Positions 60,682-64,000 of a stretch of 64,000 bases of DNA are shown piece by piece. How positions within the stretch are numbered: the first letter of the stretch is position 1; each line of letters starts with the position of its first letter. Position numbers and translations under genes: made by a program. Origin of the DNA: Pseudomonadota bacterium (lineage in GTDB: Bacteria > Pseudomonadota > Gammaproteobacteria > Burkholderiales > SG8-39); assembly GCA_947455195.1 (NCBI GenBank), contig CANGMI010000002.1:257549-321548 (forward strand), read 5' to 3'. Below the pieces are notes generated by a model. The model was not told the DNA's origin. It worked only from the letters and a program-made list of their open reading frames with translations, and searched no databases.

Positions 60682-62015
60682 CTCACGGGTCGCTCGCGAC
60701 GAAGACCCCAGACGATGCACACGGCACCGGCCAGGTTTCCCAGGGCCAGGCCGACAAAGAGGGTCGACAATCCAGCGCCGCGTGCGAGTGCCGCGCCGGC
60801 CACAAGCGTTCCGGTGACCATGAAAAGGGCATTCACGATGTTGTTGGTTGCGATGGTGCGCGATCGATGGCCAGCCTCGGCATGAACCTGCAGCAGGGTG
60901 TAGAGCGGCACGATGAAGAGGCCGCCGCAGAGACCGATCATGACGAGGTCTGTCATCACCCGAATCGAACCGGCGGTGGCGAGGACGCTTGCAAGGTCAA
61001 GGGGTGAGGCACCGGTGGTGATCGCGGCAGAATCGGTCGCCAGATCGAGCGCAAAGAGGCTGAGACCGCTCGCGCCTGCCATTGACCAGCCCCAGGCTGC
61101 GGCGCGTCGGGCGATGCGGGCGCAGATCATCGAGCCGGCGCTTACCCCCAGCGTGAAGAGGGCAAGCATGAGTGTCACGGTCGACTCGGCGCCGCCCAGC
61201 ACCTGGCGGGCAAAGGCCGGAATCTGCGCCAGCAGCACCGCCCCGTAGAGCCAGAACCACGAGACGCCCAGCGTGGCCAGCCCGATCGTCCGGTGAGCGG
61301 CGAGCCTCCTGAGGCTGCGCCAGGTCTCGCCGAAGGGCTTGATCGGCGCGGCGCGCATCGACGCCACGCCGGGCGCTGCCGGGATGCTCGTGCTCGTGGC
61401 AAAGCCGACGAGTGCGATGGTGAGTCCGGTCGCGCCGATCATCAGGCCTGCCTGCTCGCTGGCGGCAAGCACGCCGCCCAGGAGGGTACCGAGCAGTATC
61501 GCCGTGAAGGTGCCGACCTCGATCAGCGCATTGGCCGCCGTGAGTTCCTCGGGCGGCAGGTGTTCGGGCAGGATCGCGTACTTCACCGGGCCGAAGAAGG
61601 TCGAGTGCAGCCCGAGGAGGCCGATCGCGCCCAGAAGCACGGCGATGCTGTGTGCCGCCAGGCCGACGCCCGCGATGAGCACGATGACGATCTCGAACGC
61701 CTTGACCCACCGTGCGATCAGAGCCTTGTCGTGGCGGTCGGCCAGTTGCCCGGCGAGTGCCGAGCACAAGAAAAAAGGCAGGATGAAGAGTCCCCCGGCC
61801 AGATTGGCCAGTACGCCCGCATCGATCGAGGTCCACTCACCGGAACGGAAGGTGAGCAGGATCACCGTGGCCGCCTTCAGCACGTTGTCGTTGAGCGCGC
61901 CCAGGAACTGGGTGGCAAAGAGCGGCAGAAAGCGGCGCGTGCGCAGCAGGCGCAGGCTCGACGGCATGTTGCGAGGTGCTGTCGCTCTGCGTTCGCTGCG
62001 AAAACGCTGTGTCAT
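60654..62015 (-). CDS. MFS transporter (LplT-like N-terminal signature)
   Basis: About 12 TM segments with RRFLPLFATQFLGALNDNVLKAA near the N-terminus. The start is ATG 62015 (ATGA overlap with the upstream stop) or ATG 61967. Confidence 0.8.
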   Translation of the reverse strand: MTQRFRSERRATAPRNMPSSLRLLRTRRFLPLFATQFLGALNDNVLKAATVILLTFRSGEWTSIDAGVLANLAGGLFILPFFLCSALAGQLADRHDKALIARWVKAFEIVIVLIAGVGLAAHSIAVLLGAIGLLGLHSTFFGPVKYAILPEHLPPEELTAANALIEVGTFTAILLGTLLGGVLAASEQAGLMIGATGLTIALVGFATSTSIPAAPGVASMRAAPIKPFGETWRSLRRLAAHRTIGLATLGVSWFWLYGAVLLAQIPAFARQVLGGAESTVTLMLALFTLGVSAGSMICARIARRAAAWGWSMAGASGLSLFALDLATDSAAITTGASPLDLASVLATAGSIRVMTDLVMIGLCGGLFIVPLYTLLQVHAEAGHRSRTIATNNIVNALFMVTGTLVAGAALARGAGLSTLFVGLALGNLAGAVCIVWGLRRERPVSQVPGASPP

Positions 62016-62917
62016 GGTGCGATGACCATGCTCTCCAGACCGTGACGCTTCGCGGACTCGAGCAGATCACCTTCGAGTTTTACACGTCGGACGAAGGCAT
62101 TGACCCGATTGAGCCAGCGCTCTTCACCGGGCCGGATGGCGAAGGCATACGAGGTGATCTGGAAGGGCGATGCAGGGGTGATCGCGCGTGCCCAGTCGGT
62201 CGTGTCGATCATGCGCCGGGCGTAGGCGGCATCGGTCATGAAGACATCGGCGCGGCCTGCCTCGACCGATTCGTCGCGCGCCCGGGCGCTGCCGGCCACG
62301 AGGAGTTCGGCACGCTTGAGGCGCGCTCGCATCAGGGGTTCGTGATAGGTGCCGCGGGTCACCGCCACGAGGACGCCCGTGCGATCGATGTCGATCCAGG
62401 TGCGAATCCGTTTATTGCGGCGGTGAACGATCGCGACGACGTCACTGGCCAGATGCGGTTCGGTCAGAAGCAACCTGCTGGCGCGTTCGGGCGTGACGCC
62501 GATGCCAAACATGGCGATGTCGCAGCGCCGCTGCGTGACATCCTCGATCAGGTGTGCAAAGGAGCTGTCGATGAATTGCGCCGAGACGCCGAGCTCGCTC
62601 GCCAACGCCTTTGCGAGGTCGATATCGATGCCGGACAGCGTCAGGTCGCGCGGATTGCGCCAGGTGATGCCGTAATATTCGGGCCAGATGCAGACTATCA
62701 GCGCCGAGCGCGCGCCCACCTCGTCGAGCACGTCGGCGTGCGCAGCCGCGGCGGTCCACATCAGCGCGATGCCGGCAAGCAGCGTGCGAAGGGCGAGGGC
62801 GATGAAGGACGGCAGCGCTGCCAACGATCGGTTACGGTCCAACCATGCGCGGGAGAGACCGCGTCGTGCGGGGCCGGACTCACGCCCTTCATCATCAGCC
62901 GAAGTCTGCACGAGCAC
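62012..62917 (-). CDS. periplasmic solute-binding protein, family 3 (amino-acid/polar-solute type)
   Basis: Signal-like segment FIALALRTLLAGIALMWTAAAAHA. SBP_bac_3-like core (SGIDIDLAKALASELGV...DIAMFGIGVTPER). The start codon is uncertain. Confidence 0.68.
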   Translation of the reverse strand: MLVQTSADDEGRESGPARRGLSRAWLDRNRSLAALPSFIALALRTLLAGIALMWTAAAAHADVLDEVGARSALIVCIWPEYYGITWRNPRDLTLSGIDIDLAKALASELGVSAQFIDSSFAHLIEDVTQRRCDIAMFGIGVTPERASRLLLTEPHLASDVVAIVHRRNKRIRTWIDIDRTGVLVAVTRGTYHEPLMRARLKRAELLVAGSARARDESVEAGRADVFMTDAAYARRMIDTTDWARAITPASPFQITSYAFAIRPGEERWLNRVNAFVRRVKLEGDLLESAKRHGLESMVIAP

Positions 62918-63112
62918 ATCTCCCGTGATGCCTCATGGTGGCAAAGACGCTCCGCCGAGCATGCGCATGGGTGGAAACGTCAATGCACCGAAATATGAAT
63001 CGGGTTTGATTCGCTGGAATTCAGTATGCATTGATTTTCGAGAATTGCTCTGCATCCGGGCGTGCCGACCTTCGCGGGGGCGGCCTCCCGCAGCCATCCG
63101 GCGCGGGCGGTC

Positions 63113-64000
63113 TCAAGCCGCCGACTCGTTGCCGGTGAACCGCGCGTCGTAATAGAGCGTACGGCCTTGTCCGTCACGAACGGCCTTGAGGCTGAGCCCG
63201 CGTGTCGATCGCGGACCCGCCTCACCCTCCAGTTTCACCATGCCCGACCACTCGTCAAAGGGGCCCTGGGCCAGACGCAGCCACTCCGAGTCCATGTCAC
63301 GTTCGCGCAGGAGGCGTTGCAGGCGCCTCAGGTACCCGAGCGCGACCGACCAGGCCGTGGCAAGCAGCGACAACACGATCACGGTGACTGTCAGGGCCTC
63401 CCACCGCCAGGCGGTCATCGCCCTGCTGATGTTCATGTCGACAAGAATCAGGAGCGGGTAGGCGCGGGAACTGCGCCACGCGGCGAGTGTCGGGGTGCCG
63501 TCGGCGGTCGCGTGAATGAGTCCGGCATCGCGTGAGCCGCGTTGCGCGAGGACGGTGCTGACGATCGCGGGCGGCGGCGGCCGAGTCGTGGTGCCCAGGA
63601 GCGTTGTCCCGTCGTAGCGCAGCAGGTGAACCGTGCCGATCGCGGGCCCGACCTGGGCGTCGAAATGGGTCACGAAGTAGTCGGGATTGAGTGATGCCAG
63701 GAGCTTGACGGGCGGGGCCGAGAGGGGACGTATCTCGCGCATCACCGGCAGGTAGGCCGTGAAAGCGAGCACGCTTGTCGACGGGTTGGGCAGGGTCGCG
63801 AGGTCGCGTCCCGGCAGTGCGATACCGACCCGCAGGCGTGCCGCGGTGCCGGGACCGGTCGGAAAGAATGGCCCCACGGGGATCGCCACGCCGATGTTGA
63901 CCGGATTCGAACTGTGGGCAACCCGTCCGTCGGACCCGATGATGGACATCGAGCGAACCTGGGGCATCCCTTCGATGGCAGCCGTGAGTTCGTCGGACCT
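63113..64000 (-). CDS. membrane sensor-like protein with periplasmic (Cache-like?) domain; N-terminus lies outside the window
   Basis: The frame is open to nt 64000. A roughly 210-aa extracytoplasmic-looking region is followed by one TM segment (WEALTVTVIVLSLLATAWSVALGYL). Only about 70 cytoplasmic residues follow before the stop at 63113. Confidence 0.45.
   Translation of the reverse strand, partial: RSDELTAAIEGMPQVRSMSIIGSDGRVAHSSNPVNIGVAIPVGPFFPTGPGTAARLRVGIALPGRDLATLPNPSTSVLAFTAYLPVMREIRPLSAPPVKLLASLNPDYFVTHFDAQVGPAIGTVHLLRYDGTTLLGTTTRPPPPAIVSTVLAQRGSRDAGLIHATADGTPTLAAWRSSRAYPLLILVDMNISRAMTAWRWEALTVTVIVLSLLATAWSVALGYLRRLQRLLRERDMDSEWLRLAQGPFDEWSGMVKLEGEAGPRSTRGLSLKAVRDGQGRTLYYDARFTGNESAA

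Noticed and set aside
62980-63225. 81-aa minus-strand ORF spanning the AT-rich spacer
   Set aside because: It overlaps the 3-prime end of the sensor-like gene in another frame and runs through a probable promoter region. It has no RBS or recognisable motif.

Overview
This window looks like a syntenic core-chromosome segment of a high-GC betaproteobacterium, probably Burkholderiales-like. That placement is an inference from gene order and from three Bug/TctC-type binding proteins. About 60 genes are called, and most are housekeeping. One run is accA-tilS, ndk-rlmN-pilW-rodZ-ispG-hisS-yfgM-bamB-der-hfq-hflX-hflK-hflC-DUF2065-hisZ-purA. A second is tRNA-Leu(CAG)/rnr-rlmB-rpsF-priB-rpsR-rplI-dnaB. 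A third is aminotransferase-hom-thrC, followed by mutS. Five less conserved patches interrupt this backbone. (1) 0-3.8 kb holds a Bug protein, a PuuE-like deacetylase, an AtzH/HpxZ-like protein, a WYL regulator and an orphan ORF. (2) 22.9-29.2 kb holds a Bug-Bug-Rieske dioxygenase alpha/beta-2-hydroxyacid dehydrogenase-M24 hydrolase cassette that ends at a terminator next to tRNA-Leu. (3) 36.3-41.4 kb holds a secreted beta-propeller, a deacetylase, a fatty-acid-hydroxylase-family protein and a patatin-Omp85 protein. (4) 43.6-50.8 kb holds a minus-strand L-Ara4N lipid A modification (arn) operon with a split ArnA. (5) 59.7-64 kb holds a VanA-like oxygenase, an MFS transporter, a binding protein and a sensor-like protein. 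I found no CRISPR array, integrase, transposase, phage genes or recognisable defence system. I cannot point to a convincing new biological system here. The best leads are modest: a priB with no canonical start codon, a helically phased 10-bp tandem array upstream of the dioxygenase, the WYL-plus-orphan pair, and the four-gene envelope operon. All family assignments come from motif recognition by eye and were not checked against any database. The many long antisense ORFs in the track are high-GC shadow frames.
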